In this document: positions 19,000-27,902 of the stretch, piece after piece
How the letters are laid out: every line of letters begins with the position of its first letter
Position numbering within the stretch: position 1 is the first letter of the stretch
Assembly (NCBI GenBank): GCA_050117895.1
Contig: JASFLX010000001.1
Location: 1 to 43,513 of the forward strand
DNA length: 43,513 nucleotides
From: Desulfobacterales bacterium
GTDB taxonomy: Bacteria > Desulfobacterota > Desulfobacteria > Desulfobacterales > UBA11574
Direction of reading: 5' to 3'
Translations under genes and position numbers: made by a program
The notes under the pieces: generated by a model
Database searches by the model: none
Seen by the model: the letters and a program-made list of their open reading frames with translations, nothing else
Told to the model about the DNA's origin: nothing

Positions 19000-19647
19000 T
19001 TATTCTTCTCCAGGAGGTTTCAATTCTATTTCTTTTTTACGGATAGAAATTTTGCCGTAAATATCTTCAACCTCTTCCTCAACAATGATTTTATTCGGTA
19101 ATATATTTATTACCCTGCCTGCGTTTGTCCCGATGTAAGTTCCTTTCTTTACTATGTACCCCTTCCCGGAATCCTCTTCAACCAGGGCTTTGTTTCCGCT
19201 CGGAGCGCGTAATATTGCGACAAGTTTAAGCTGGCTTAAATCGAGTTTTTCAAGGGGTGTGAGCAGCCTGCGCCGAACTGCTTTTCTATGCTTCACCGGT
19301 AAAGCCACGGGTTTTTCTCTGATCAATGGTTTAAATGGATCCAGTTTTCCTTTGGAGTTGTAAAAGTCGTTTATTTCGGACGGTTCGATTTTTTCGATCG
19401 TCTTGGATACCGAAGCCATCCGTTTTTCTTTTAAATCACCAACCTCGCCCTTTGAAATATCCGGTGAAATTTTTGCTTTGGGCTTGGTCGTTACTTGTTT
19501 TGACTCATCTTTCTTGTCAATAATGATTTTTTTGGTGATCTTCCTGGACTTCGGGGGCGGCTCAGCTTTTTTATCACAACCCACCCAAAGGGAATATATG
19601 CAAATGAAACAAATGAAACTGCCGATTATGACTATTTTATTATCCAT
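19000..19647 (-). CDS. pilP: pilus assembly lipoprotein PilP
   Basis: Lipobox WVGC, Lys/Pro-rich linker, C-terminal beta domain (LKLVAILRAPSGNKALVE...GYIVKKGTYIG); position between pilO and pilQ. Confidence 0.7.
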   Translation of the reverse strand: MDNKIVIIGSFICFICIYSLWVGCDKKAEPPPKSRKITKKIIIDKKDESKQVTTKPKAKISPDISKGEVGDLKEKRMASVSKTIEKIEPSEINDFYNSKGKLDPFKPLIREKPVALPVKHRKAVRRRLLTPLEKLDLSQLKLVAILRAPSGNKALVEEDSGKGYIVKKGTYIGTNAGRVINILPNKIIVEEEVEDIYGKISIRKKEIELKPPGEE

Positions 19648-19658
19648 GACTCAGGGTT

Positions 19659-20315
19659 TTATTTCTTCTTTTTTTTCTTATCCTTTGTTTCGGGCTTCGT
19701 TTCCACAAACCGATAAGTAACAGCGGTGCATTTTGTGTCCAGTTGATTACTTTCTTTTGTTGCGGTCATCTTAATGTTGTCTATATTAACAATCCTATGT
19801 AACCTCGAAACCTTGTCGAAGAAAAGAGCGGTTTTATGATAGCTGCCCGTAACTAGTATTGATACAGGAATTTCCGCATAGAATTCTTTGATCTGCTCTT
19901 TTTTCGGCTCAAATAACAAAAATTCCAGACCGGCATCATGACCGGATCGGGAAATGCTTGACAGCAAAGAAGGTATTTCTTTTTTTTCGGGGAGTTTTTT
20001 CACGGCCACTTTAAAATCCGTTTCTGCCTTTTTGAATTTGTCCTGTAAATGCTTAAGCTCTTTTGCCTTTGCTTTTGCCTTGACAAGTTTTGTTTCCAGA
20101 GTTTCATGTTCGGATTTCAATTGGTCAATTTTTTTTACTTTCGGCTGATAAAAAAAATAGAAAAAAGGCCCCACAAGTATTAAAAAAATCCCAAAACATA
20201 TCAAAATCCGATATAGTTTTGGAAGCTTTCCGATTTTATCAGTCTTTTCTAATAAAAGATTCTTTACTTTCGAAATATCGATCTTCTTCATTTTTTTTTG
20301 CCCTGCCCGGAGCAA
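19659..20315 (-). CDS. pilO: pilus assembly protein PilO
   Basis: Single TM, coiled coil, then a ferredoxin-like domain; gene order. ATG at 20291 is a likely alternative start. Confidence 0.72.
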   Translation of the reverse strand: MLRAGQKKMKKIDISKVKNLLLEKTDKIGKLPKLYRILICFGIFLILVGPFFYFFYQPKVKKIDQLKSEHETLETKLVKAKAKAKELKHLQDKFKKAETDFKVAVKKLPEKKEIPSLLSSISRSGHDAGLEFLLFEPKKEQIKEFYAEIPVSILVTGSYHKTALFFDKVSRLHRIVNIDNIKMTATKESNQLDTKCTAVTYRFVETKPETKDKKKKKK

Positions 20316-20318
20316 TTT

Positions 20319-20939
20319 TTATTTTTGACTTTTCGATTGATTCAAAGAAATCTTACTGCAAGTAATTGCAAAGCTTTTTAAGTTTAATTTACTTATTTTC
20401 TTTTGTTCAAGCCTTTTCAGGTTTACCTTTTTATAAAGTTTTGAATTTTCTAAACGGGTCATAAAATCAGCTACGGTTTTATTATCCATGGCAATACCTT
20501 TGATGTCGATATTGTCCCCTTTTGCCTGGAAATCAATGAACCATAATCGCTTACCAGACTCGTTATCATTATCTGACAATGTATCCGATCCGGAATTTGA
20601 CGTGCTCTCAGCAACCATCTTGGTCATGTTATCAAGCAGAAAGAAGGCATCTTTTCGTTTTTTCTCAAGATTTTTAATCACTTTGGTCTTTTTCTCTAAA
20701 TTGTTTAAATCTTTTTTTATTCTATCAACTTCCTTTGCTTGGCTTTCAATTTTGGCCAACATTTTTTTCTTGTTTGCTATCTTTGTATTTAAACCATCGA
20801 TTCTTTTTTGCAAACTTATATTATAACCGACCAAGATGACAACAACAAATAGAAAAGATAAGAAAAATATACTCATCTGTTTACGAATGTTTTCTTTTTC
20901 ACGTATTTCTCGATAAGGTATCAGATTTATTCGTATCAT
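20319..20939 (-). CDS. pilN: pilus assembly protein PilN
   Basis: MIRINLIPYRE N-terminus (conserved PilM-binding INLLP-type motif), TM, coiled coil; 4-nt overlap with pilM. Confidence 0.8.
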   Translation of the reverse strand: MIRINLIPYREIREKENIRKQMSIFFLSFLFVVVILVGYNISLQKRIDGLNTKIANKKKMLAKIESQAKEVDRIKKDLNNLEKKTKVIKNLEKKRKDAFFLLDNMTKMVAESTSNSGSDTLSDNDNESGKRLWFIDFQAKGDNIDIKGIAMDNKTVADFMTRLENSKLYKKVNLKRLEQKKISKLNLKSFAITCSKISLNQSKSQK

Positions 20940-21991
20940 TTGTCACCAATTTTTCTTAATGCAAGACCCATACATATCGCAGCCTGGGGAGCCATCTGTT
21001 CAAGATAAGAAGAATCAAAACGGTCACTGTCGATGGATAAGTTTTGAAAAGGATTTATAATTTCGACGTCGCTTGAGGTTTCCACAGCCAAGAGTTGTCG
21101 AAACTCCTCAATGTTGGCCCCGCCGCCGCTAAGAATAATCTTTGTTATTTGATCTTCGGGGAATGTCGAGTAAAAGAAATCGAGAGCGCGTTTTATTTCA
21201 GTACACCAGTCGGTTACCACTGATGAAACAATGCCATTCAGATCTTCGTGGGGAATAATGTCTGGTTTCTCGCCAAGCTTAATCTCTTCGGCTTCCGTTA
21301 AAGAACATTCTACAAGGGAAGCAATTTTTTCGTTTATCTGTCCGCATCCCAGCGAAACATCGCGCATGAATACAGAAGTGTTATCTTTCATGATGTTCAA
21401 TGATGTCTTGCTGGCTCCAATATCAATAAGGGCTATATTTTCATCTCCCGGATCATAATTAAATTCAAAAATATTTTGGAGGGCAAACGCATCAACATCT
21501 ATTATGCAGGTATTAAGTCCGGTCATTCGGACCAGATTGATATATTCGTTAACCATTTCCTTTTTGGCCGCAACCAGAAGAACACTCATTTGATTTGGGT
21601 TGTGTTCGCTTTCCCCGAGTATTTGGAAATCTAGATTAACATCGCTTATATCAAACGGAATGTACTGTTCCGCTTCAAAATGGATCGATCCCTGTAACTC
21701 TTCTTCGCTCATATTCTGAACATTGATCTTTTTGACAATTACCGAGTATCCTCCGATGGAGATGGCTACATTTTTTTCTTTGAGCTTCGATTCCTTGAAG
21801 ATTTTACGGATAGATTCAGAAACAGTTTCAGGATCTTTAACAGCACCCTCTTCGATGAGTCCCGGTTCAATATCAATCGTGTGGAAACCTTTTAAGATAT
21901 GCTTTGTTTTTTTATCAACTATTTCGGAAATCTTTATAGTTCTTGAACCGATATCAAGGCCGATAAGATGAGTTTTTTTTCCAAAAATCAT
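20936..21991 (-). CDS. pilM: pilus assembly ATPase-fold protein PilM
   Basis: 351 aa actin/FtsA-like fold (IGLDIGSRTIK, ALIDIGASKTS, ILSGGGANI). Confidence 0.9.
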   Translation of the reverse strand: MIFGKKTHLIGLDIGSRTIKISEIVDKKTKHILKGFHTIDIEPGLIEEGAVKDPETVSESIRKIFKESKLKEKNVAISIGGYSVIVKKINVQNMSEEELQGSIHFEAEQYIPFDISDVNLDFQILGESEHNPNQMSVLLVAAKKEMVNEYINLVRMTGLNTCIIDVDAFALQNIFEFNYDPGDENIALIDIGASKTSLNIMKDNTSVFMRDVSLGCGQINEKIASLVECSLTEAEEIKLGEKPDIIPHEDLNGIVSSVVTDWCTEIKRALDFFYSTFPEDQITKIILSGGGANIEEFRQLLAVETSSDVEIINPFQNLSIDSDRFDSSYLEQMAPQAAICMGLALRKIGDK

Positions 21992-21997
21992 GATATA

Positions 21998-22198
21998 CTA
22001 TTCATCACCAAATATTTTGTTTTTGTCAGAAAGGCTGAAACCAAGGGCCAGAATGATTTTTCGTTGAGTTTCCAAGCGGCAAGGCATGCCTTTTTCTATG
22101 CGTGCAATCGTAATAGGAGACACCTTTGCCTTCCTGGCAAGTTCGGTTTTGCTCATCAGTAAAGATTCTCTAATTTTCTTTACAGAATTACCTTTCAT
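21998..22198 (-). CDS. XRE-family helix-turn-helix protein, first gene of the pilMNOPQ operon
   Basis: 66 aa; IRESLLMSKTELARKAKVSPITIARIEKG HTH_3-type motif; 6 nt upstream of pilM. Confidence 0.75.
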   Translation of the reverse strand: MKGNSVKKIRESLLMSKTELARKAKVSPITIARIEKGMPCRLETQRKIILALGFSLSDKNKIFGDE

Positions 22199-22220
22199 TC
22201 AATACCCTATAAAAAGAATA

Positions 22221-22342
22221 ATAGTTAAATTTGTAATATCGGTAAAAAGTATAATTTAATTAATAAATTTTGATTTTAAAACAATGTTACCTTAAATTAT
22301 AACTAATTTCAAGAACTTTTATATATAATTATAGTTAAATTT
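22221..22342. repeat. two exact ATAGTTAAATTT 12-mers 110 bp apart in a very AT-rich divergent control region
   Basis: 12-mer at 22221-22232 and 22331-22342, read directly from the sequence. Confidence 0.6.
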
Positions 22343-22615
22343 AAATTAATTGCTTTATTTTGTGGTTTGCTTAATTAAATGACTATATATAGTATGATAT
22401 AAGAACGTTAAAATATAAACAATATAATAATACTATCTAAACATAGGGTTAGATGCCACAAAATTGACCGGTTCTATTTTTTATTGAAGATGTCCATGAC
22501 CTGCATTTTTTTCAACGATTCATCACACCTCATACTATCGTCAGCATTTAAGAATCTAAACGCGCAAATTGTGACCGTTCAAGTTATATATTGTCAATGG
22601 TAATAAAGCATTACC

Positions 22616-22644
22616 TTGACTTTCATGATCAGGTTCCATATATG
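22616..22644 (+). promoter_or_regulatory. sigma-70-type promoter candidate for the kinase/regulator operon
   Basis: TTGACT (22616-22621), 17 nt, TATATG (22639-22644). The -35 overlaps the imperfect inverted repeat GTCAATGGTAAT/ATTACCTTGAC (22592-22620). Confidence 0.35.
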
Positions 22645-22726
22645 ATAGTTTTGTAAAAACTCAAATAACGACCTTTTACGAATTTATCAAATATATCAAT
22701 TCCAATCTGAATGATTAACCTTATTT

Positions 22727-24148
22727 ATGAGCATCCATTCATCAGAAGAAAAAGTCAAGCCGTTTAGACTGGTAAAATACTTTACGTTTACAAGCCTTAC
22801 GGTAATATTTATTGGGACATTGCTCCTCTCTTTTCTTAACACCCACCTGGCAAGGACCATGCAGCAAAAAAAAAGTGAAGATTACGCCAAGCTTCTCATA
22901 GAAAATCTGAACCATCAAGTCTTTTTGCAGTTCATAATTCCCGTTGCACTGAAATTTGGAAAGATTCAGCTCAGTGACAAAAAACAGTTCGAACGCATGG
23001 ACAAGGTCGTCAGAAGTACACTTCACAGCTTCAAAATCGATATGGTAAACATTTTCGATATAAATAATACCATTTCTTATAGCTTTGACCTATCGGTGAT
23101 CGGCAAAAAAGATGTCGGAGGTAAAGGCTATCAGGATGCAATTTCCGGCAAGTCCACTTCAAAACTTTTTCAAAGGGGAAATTGGTTCGAGATACTTCTG
23201 GGATTTTCGCCTCACAGCAAATTAATTACTTTTGCGCCGCTACGCGCGGAGCGGCCGCTTTCACGTATATCCGGCCCGGTACTCGGTGTTGTTGAAATCG
23301 TACAGGATTTAACGGAAGATTATAAAGCGATTTTTACTTTCCAGATAAGAATTATTAGTGCTTGCACCGTGGTCATGGGCGCTCTTTTTTTAGTGCTTCT
23401 ATATGTTGTCAAGAGAGGCGAAGCTATCATTGAACAGCGCGCTTTGGAAAGAATACGGCTAAAAGAACGGTTAAGTCGTGCGGAACATTTATCTTCTCTG
23501 GGTGAAATGGTGGCGGGAATCTCTCATGAAATCCGTAACCCGCTGGGTATTATTATGAGTTCCTCCGAGCTTTTGAAGAAAAAGATGGCCGACTACGATC
23601 CTTCAAATCCGATCCCAAATATAATCATTGAAGAATCTTCCCGATTGAACAATATCATAACAGATTTTTTGAATTTTGCGAAACCCAAAACCCCGACTTT
23701 GACATTGTGTAAAATCGAGGATATTATTGAAAAAAACATAACCTTCCTGGCATCACAGATTAAAGAGGAAGGATATGCTATTGATAAACATTATGATAAT
23801 AATCTTCCGGAAATAACCGCCGATCCTGATATGTTGTATCAGGCATTCCTTAACATTTTAATCAATGCCATGCAAGCCATGCCACAACGCGGTAAAATTA
23901 ATGTAAAAATCTGTTCCAGTGATAATGCTGTGGAAATATTTTTTGAAGATCAGGGGGAAGGTATCGCAGAAGATATTTTAGAAAAGATATGGGATCCTTT
24001 TTTCACCACCAAGTCAAAAGGGACCGGCCTGGGACTTGGTATTGTAAAAAATATTATCGAATCTCACGGTGGAAGCGTACAGATCAGTAACCGATCGGTA
24101 TCCGGAGCCAAAGTGACCGTAAAATTACCCGTAGAGCAGGGAGTATAA
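22727..24148 (+). CDS. sensor histidine kinase (two TM helices flanking a periplasmic domain; HisKA + HATPase_c)
   Basis: H-box SHEIRNPL; N, G1 and G2 boxes ([21 protein letters not shown]). Confidence 0.85.
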   Translation: MSIHSSEEKVKPFRLVKYFTFTSLTVIFIGTLLLSFLNTHLARTMQQKKSEDYAKLLIENLNHQVFLQFIIPVALKFGKIQLSDKKQFERMDKVVRSTLHSFKIDMVNIFDINNTISYSFDLSVIGKKDVGGKGYQDAISGKSTSKLFQRGNWFEILLGFSPHSKLITFAPLRAERPLSRISGPVLGVVEIVQDLTEDYKAIFTFQIRIISACTVVMGALFLVLLYVVKRGEAIIEQRALERIRLKERLSRAEHLSSLGEMVAGISHEIRNPLGIIMSSSELLKKKMADYDPSNPIPNIIIEESSRLNNIITDFLNFAKPKTPTLTLCKIEDIIEKNITFLASQIKEEGYAIDKHYDNNLPEITADPDMLYQAFLNILINAMQAMPQRGKINVKICSSDNAVEIFFEDQGEGIAEDILEKIWDPFFTTKSKGTGLGLGIVKNIIESHGGSVQISNRSVSGAKVTVKLPVEQGV

Positions 24149-24150
24149 TT

Positions 24151-25518
24151 ATGGAGACGGTCCTGATTGTAGATGATGAAAAAAATTATCCGCTGATATT
24201 AGGTGCGGTTCTCGAAGAAGAAGGTTTTGAAACCTTCGCGGCCAACAGCGGAGCTGAAGCGCTTGAAATACTGAAAAACACCGACGTTGACCTGGTACTC
24301 ACAGATATGAAAATGCCGTCAATGGACGGTATGGAACTTTTGGAGAAAATCAAAGCCAAAGATGAGGAACTTCCGGTCATTATGATGACGGCTCACGGTA
24401 CGGTGGATAAGGCCGTGGAGGCGATGCAGAAAGGCGCCTACAGCTACATCCTCAAACCCTTCGACAACGACAGGTTGATTCTTTATGTGAACAAGGCCGT
24501 TTCCGTGTATCGGGTAATCAAAGAGAACCGGCACCTGAGGAATGCTGTGGGATTACAATATAGTTTCGGAAATATCATCGGAAAAAGTAAAGTGATGCAG
24601 GATGTTTTCGATACTATCCGGAAAGTCGCGCCCACCACAGCTACGGTTTTGATTGAAGGTGGAAGCGGCACCGGAAAGGAACTGGTCGCAAAATCCATTC
24701 ATTTTAACAGTCTGCGGCGAGATAAGCCCTTTATTGCTGTGAACTGCAGCGCACTTGCCGAATCTCTCCTCGAAAGCGAACTTTTTGGCCATGAAAAAGG
24801 AGCGTTCACCGGTGCCGTGGCCATGAAGAAAGGCCGTTTTGAACTGGCCGACGGCGGGACCCTTTTTCTTGATGAAATAAGCGAGCTGTCGCAAAGTCTT
24901 CAGGTAAAACTGTTACGGATTCTTCAGGAAAAAGTTTTCGAAAGGGTTGGGGGGGTTAGACCGATTTCGGTCGACATTCGTATTATTGCCGCTACAAACA
25001 AAAATCTCAAAGAAGAGATGGAACAGGGACGATTCAGAGAGGACCTCTATTATCGATTGAATGTGGTCCATATTGTCCTTCCCCTTTTAAGGGAGCGCCA
25101 AGAGGATATTCTCCTGCTTGTGGACCACTTTATAAATAAATATGGAAATGAACGAAAATTTGCAGTCTCTGTAACCGGCCTTGATCAGGAGGTCGAACGT
25201 CTTTTTTACGATTACAGTTGGCCCGGAAATGTTCGTGAACTGGAAAATGTCATTGAACGGGCAATGATCATGTGCCCCGGCGAAGTTATTAGGCTTTCTG
25301 ACCTTCCGAAAGATTTTAAGGGCAATGTAAAAGATGCCCAGTTTCTTGACAGTATACCAATTGATGCAAAATTATCCGAAACCGTTACAACAATAGAAAA
25401 AATGATGATTAAAAGGGCTTTGAAACTGACAAATAATGTTCAATCAAAAGCTGCCGAACTCCTTGGAATCGGGAAAAGCGGATTTAATAAAAAAATAAAT
25501 AAATATCGAATTTATTAA
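24151..25518 (+). CDS. sigma-54-dependent response regulator (REC-AAA+-Fis HTH; NtrC/PilR class)
   Basis: [13 protein letters not shown] receiver, GSGTGKE Walker A, GAFTGA sigma-54 contact loop, C-terminal HTH. Confidence 0.9.
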   Translation: METVLIVDDEKNYPLILGAVLEEEGFETFAANSGAEALEILKNTDVDLVLTDMKMPSMDGMELLEKIKAKDEELPVIMMTAHGTVDKAVEAMQKGAYSYILKPFDNDRLILYVNKAVSVYRVIKENRHLRNAVGLQYSFGNIIGKSKVMQDVFDTIRKVAPTTATVLIEGGSGTGKELVAKSIHFNSLRRDKPFIAVNCSALAESLLESELFGHEKGAFTGAVAMKKGRFELADGGTLFLDEISELSQSLQVKLLRILQEKVFERVGGVRPISVDIRIIAATNKNLKEEMEQGRFREDLYYRLNVVHIVLPLLRERQEDILLLVDHFINKYGNERKFAVSVTGLDQEVERLFYDYSWPGNVRELENVIERAMIMCPGEVIRLSDLPKDFKGNVKDAQFLDSIPIDAKLSETVTTIEKMMIKRALKLTNNVQSKAAELLGIGKSGFNKKINKYRIY

Positions 25519-25590
25519 GTTGGTTTTAAAAATTAAAAGCAACCGTTTTATTCTTATTATTTCGTTAGTAATGTATAGAATACACCTTGG

Positions 25591-25660
25591 GTTTCCATTT
25601 GGAAACCATTCGGTATCCAAACGGAAACCTTTTATGGGTCATATTTTAGTTTCCTTGGAT
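25591..25660. promoter_or_regulatory. candidate enhancer (UAS): tandem GTTTCC-N4-GGAAAC palindromes
   Basis: GTTTCCATTTGGAAAC (25591-25606, perfect palindrome); GTATCCAAACGGAAAC (25613-25628, centres 22 bp apart); partial GTTTCCTTGGAT (25649-25660). Confidence 0.45.
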
Positions 25661-25690
25661 GTTTTTTTTATGAGTTGGATTTTCAACTTA

Positions 25691-25708
25691 TTTTCAACTC
25701 GTTGAAAA
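25691..25708. promoter_or_regulatory. TTTTCAAC-TC-GTTGAAAA palindrome / IHF-like site between UAS and promoter
   Basis: Perfect 8+8 palindrome. TTTCAACTCGTTG has one mismatch to the IHF consensus WATCAANNNNTTR. Further TTTTCAAC copies at 25680-25687 and 25781-25788. Confidence 0.3.
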
Positions 25709-25757
25709 TTCATACGATATGATATTTTATGGATTATATTTATTTTTTTAAAAAATA

Positions 25758-25773
25758 TGGCAAGCAAATTGCA
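25758..25773 (+). promoter_or_regulatory. sigma-54 (-24/-12) promoter
   Basis: TGGCAAGCAAATTGCA against consensus TGGCAC-N5-TTGCW: GG and GC exactly 10 nt apart, one mismatch in the specified positions. Confidence 0.6.
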
Positions 25774-25783
25774 TAACTAATTT

Positions 25784-25857
25784 TCAACCTAATAATTTCT
25801 TCATCTGTTTTCTTCCTTAATGACTAATCGGAAACGTTCCGATTAGTCATTTTTTTT
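25784..25857 (+). ncRNA. candidate sigma-54-dependent small RNA (about 74 nt)
   Basis: Bounded by the -24/-12 promoter and an intrinsic terminator. No ORF. 5' half is the CU-rich stretch TTCTTCATCTGTTTTCTTCCTTAA. The 5' end is inferred from promoter geometry only. Confidence 0.5.
25820..25857 (+). terminator. rho-independent terminator
   Basis: Perfect 14-bp stem ATGACTAATCGGAA / TTCCGATTAGTCAT (25820-25833 / 25837-25850) followed by T7 (25851-25857). Confidence 0.75.
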
Positions 25858-25867
25858 GAAATGCGCA

Positions 25868-26015
25868 CAGAAGTGGTTTCAAAGCCTTCAATCAGGTTCA
25901 AAGTCAAGGCGGACCGAGGGGTTCAAACATAGGAATATATTTAATATTTCAAGTATTGAATCCTTCGGTCCAACACAGAAATTGGGCCTGAGGGGAGGTT
26001 TTGAAACCACTTCTA
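25868..26015. repeat. palindromic MITE-like element, copy D
   Basis: CAGAAGTGGTTTCAAA (25868-25883) / TTTGAAACCACTTCTA (26000-26015). Internal TCAAAGTCAAGGCGGACCGAGG and CAACACAGAAATTGGG shared with copy E. Confidence 0.75.
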
Positions 26016-26705
26016 CCCTGTTACTCTTTCTTTTATAATCTCAACATACATGGAGCCGGAATGATCAGATAGGATTTTCTTAAAGGCACTTATACTCTTA
26101 TCATGATCGCCCATGGCAGCATAAAGCTCTCCCAAGTTGAAAAGAGCCTCGTCCTTGATGGTATAATCCGGCGCTGAAGCAATGGCTTCAAAATAACTGA
26201 CTGCGGTTTTAAAATCTTTTTTTGCTTTATAAGAGTAGCCCAGCCCGTTTAAGCTTAAGTTTTTTATAAACATTTCGTCATTAAAATTTATTAGCGATTT
26301 TTTGTAAAGCTCTATTGCCTTGTCGTAATTTTTGGCGGTGTAACACATATTCGCATAAATAAAACTGGCCAGTTTACTCCCGTCTCTTTTTGAATATTTA
26401 TCCATAATAAGCTGCAAATCATTTTCCACATCAAAGAAGGCTTTTTCCGGAGTGCTGGTTTTCAATTTTGTCTGGTAGTTGATGATTACCTGCTGAAGCA
26501 AAGCAAAGGCTTTATCTTCGGATTTTTTTATAAAATACACCATTCCGATAATAATGATACTTATGATAACCATAACGCCCAAAGCGCTTGAAAAAATCAG
26601 CTTATATTCAGAGATAAATTCAAATAATTTTGCCCAAAAGCTTATAAACTCATCGGGTTCACTCAGGTCTCTTTTCCGGGATCGGGACACCCTTTTTTTC
26701 GCCAT
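26013..26705 (-). CDS. membrane-anchored TPR protein (YfgM-like)
   Basis: Basic N-terminus, single TM (ALGVMVIISIIIIGMVYF), then TPR repeats. The stop codon TAG lies in the terminus of repeat copy D. Confidence 0.7.
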   Translation of the reverse strand: MAKKRVSRSRKRDLSEPDEFISFWAKLFEFISEYKLIFSSALGVMVIISIIIIGMVYFIKKSEDKAFALLQQVIINYQTKLKTSTPEKAFFDVENDLQLIMDKYSKRDGSKLASFIYANMCYTAKNYDKAIELYKKSLINFNDEMFIKNLSLNGLGYSYKAKKDFKTAVSYFEAIASAPDYTIKDEALFNLGELYAAMGDHDKSISAFKKILSDHSGSMYVEIIKERVTG

Positions 26706-27702
26706 GATTCCTCCAATATTTTTTTATTCTCTGCCATCCTTGCTCCGGGATGTTTGCTCCGACGACCTGACATACTTCATAACCACATGCAGACCCGAGG
26801 TTACCGCATTGTTCAAGGCTATAACCGTTAACCAGTCCAAACAGAAAACCCGACGCCCATAGGTCTCCGGCTCCTGTGGTATCAACAGCAGGGTCGAGTG
26901 ACATGGGTTCAATCTTTATAATTTTGCCGGCATGGGAAATGTAACTTCCCCGTTCTCCCACTTTAAGTGCTGCAATAAGCGTGTGTTCCGAAAGAGAGGC
27001 GACCGCTTTTATTTCATCCGAGTATCCTGTAAATGCCAGTGCTTCATCCTCATTGGCAAGCAAAATATCAACAAAATTTTTTACAATTTTTTTAAGAAGA
27101 ACTTTGGACTCCTCAACAACCGTAAAACTGGCAAGGTCTAAAGATACCAGTGCTCCGGCCTCTTTCGCGGCATTTAAGGCGGCAAGTATCAGATCTTCGT
27201 TAAAAAGAAGATATCCTTCGATATGTACAATTGCCGCATTTTCAAAGCATCTTTTTGTGATTTCTTGGGGTTGTGTTTCTGAAGACGCACCCAGGAATGT
27301 AAACATGGAACGCTGTGCATCGTGAGTGATAATGGAAAGGACTCTTCCGGTGAATGAAGATGATGTAAAAAGCACGGGATCGACATTGTTTTTTCTTAAA
27401 TTTGTTTCAAAAAACTTTCCTATTTTACCTTTGCCTCTTTTTCCGACAAAGCGGGCATGTCCACCGAGTTTTGCAATACCTATAACCGTGTTGCAGGCAG
27501 ACCCCCCCGGAACCATCGTCGGTTTTTTGGATGCTTGTGACACTGTCAGCTCTATGAACTCTTTGTCAACATATTTCATCCCACCCTTTATCGCACCGGT
27601 TTTCTGCAAAAATTCATCGCTTTCACGTGCAAGAATATCCACAAGAGCCGATCCAACTCCCACAACTAACTTTCTTTGCTTTAATTTCTGACCGGTAAAC
27701 AT
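26659..27702 (-). CDS. PfkB-family carbohydrate/nucleoside kinase (adenosine kinase-like)
   Basis: DTTGAGDLWASGF motif and N-terminal GxGxxxxD lid. The C-terminal tail overlaps the next gene by 47 nt. Confidence 0.8.
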   Translation of the reverse strand: MFTGQKLKQRKLVVGVGSALVDILARESDEFLQKTGAIKGGMKYVDKEFIELTVSQASKKPTMVPGGSACNTVIGIAKLGGHARFVGKRGKGKIGKFFETNLRKNNVDPVLFTSSSFTGRVLSIITHDAQRSMFTFLGASSETQPQEITKRCFENAAIVHIEGYLLFNEDLILAALNAAKEAGALVSLDLASFTVVEESKVLLKKIVKNFVDILLANEDEALAFTGYSDEIKAVASLSEHTLIAALKVGERGSYISHAGKIIKIEPMSLDPAVDTTGAGDLWASGFLFGLVNGYSLEQCGNLGSACGYEVCQVVGANIPEQGWQRIKKYWRNHGEKKGVPIPEKRPE

Positions 27703-27902
27703 TATGTTATCTTTTGTACTAACTTAATGCTCTGATTCGTAAATACAGTAACGTATTTTATAACAGGTCACCGCATTCAACATAGCGATTGATCATAAAA
27801 GTGACTAAAATGAATAAACCAACTATTATACGTAATCGTATTTAAGAATGCGTGTACTTAGCAATCGATAATAGTTTTGAGTTATCAAAAAAATCGAACA
27901 TG

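Noticed and set aside
22848-22863. Second -24/-12-like match, TGGCAAGGACCATGCA
   Set aside because: It lies about 120 nt inside the histidine kinase coding region, has a weaker -12 element (ATGCA), and has no upstream palindromes. It is probably chance.
25520-25705. 61-aa ORF right after the response regulator
   Set aside because: No RBS and an implausible low-complexity hydrophobic sequence. It is built from the GTTTCC/GGAAAC palindromes and TTTTCAAC repeats, which are better explained as regulatory DNA.
25519-26012. A short type IV pilin gene (below the 60-aa ORF cutoff) downstream of the regulator
   Set aside because: Reading all three plus-strand frames shows no G-FTLIE-type prepilin N-terminus and no ORF between the sigma-54 promoter and the terminator.
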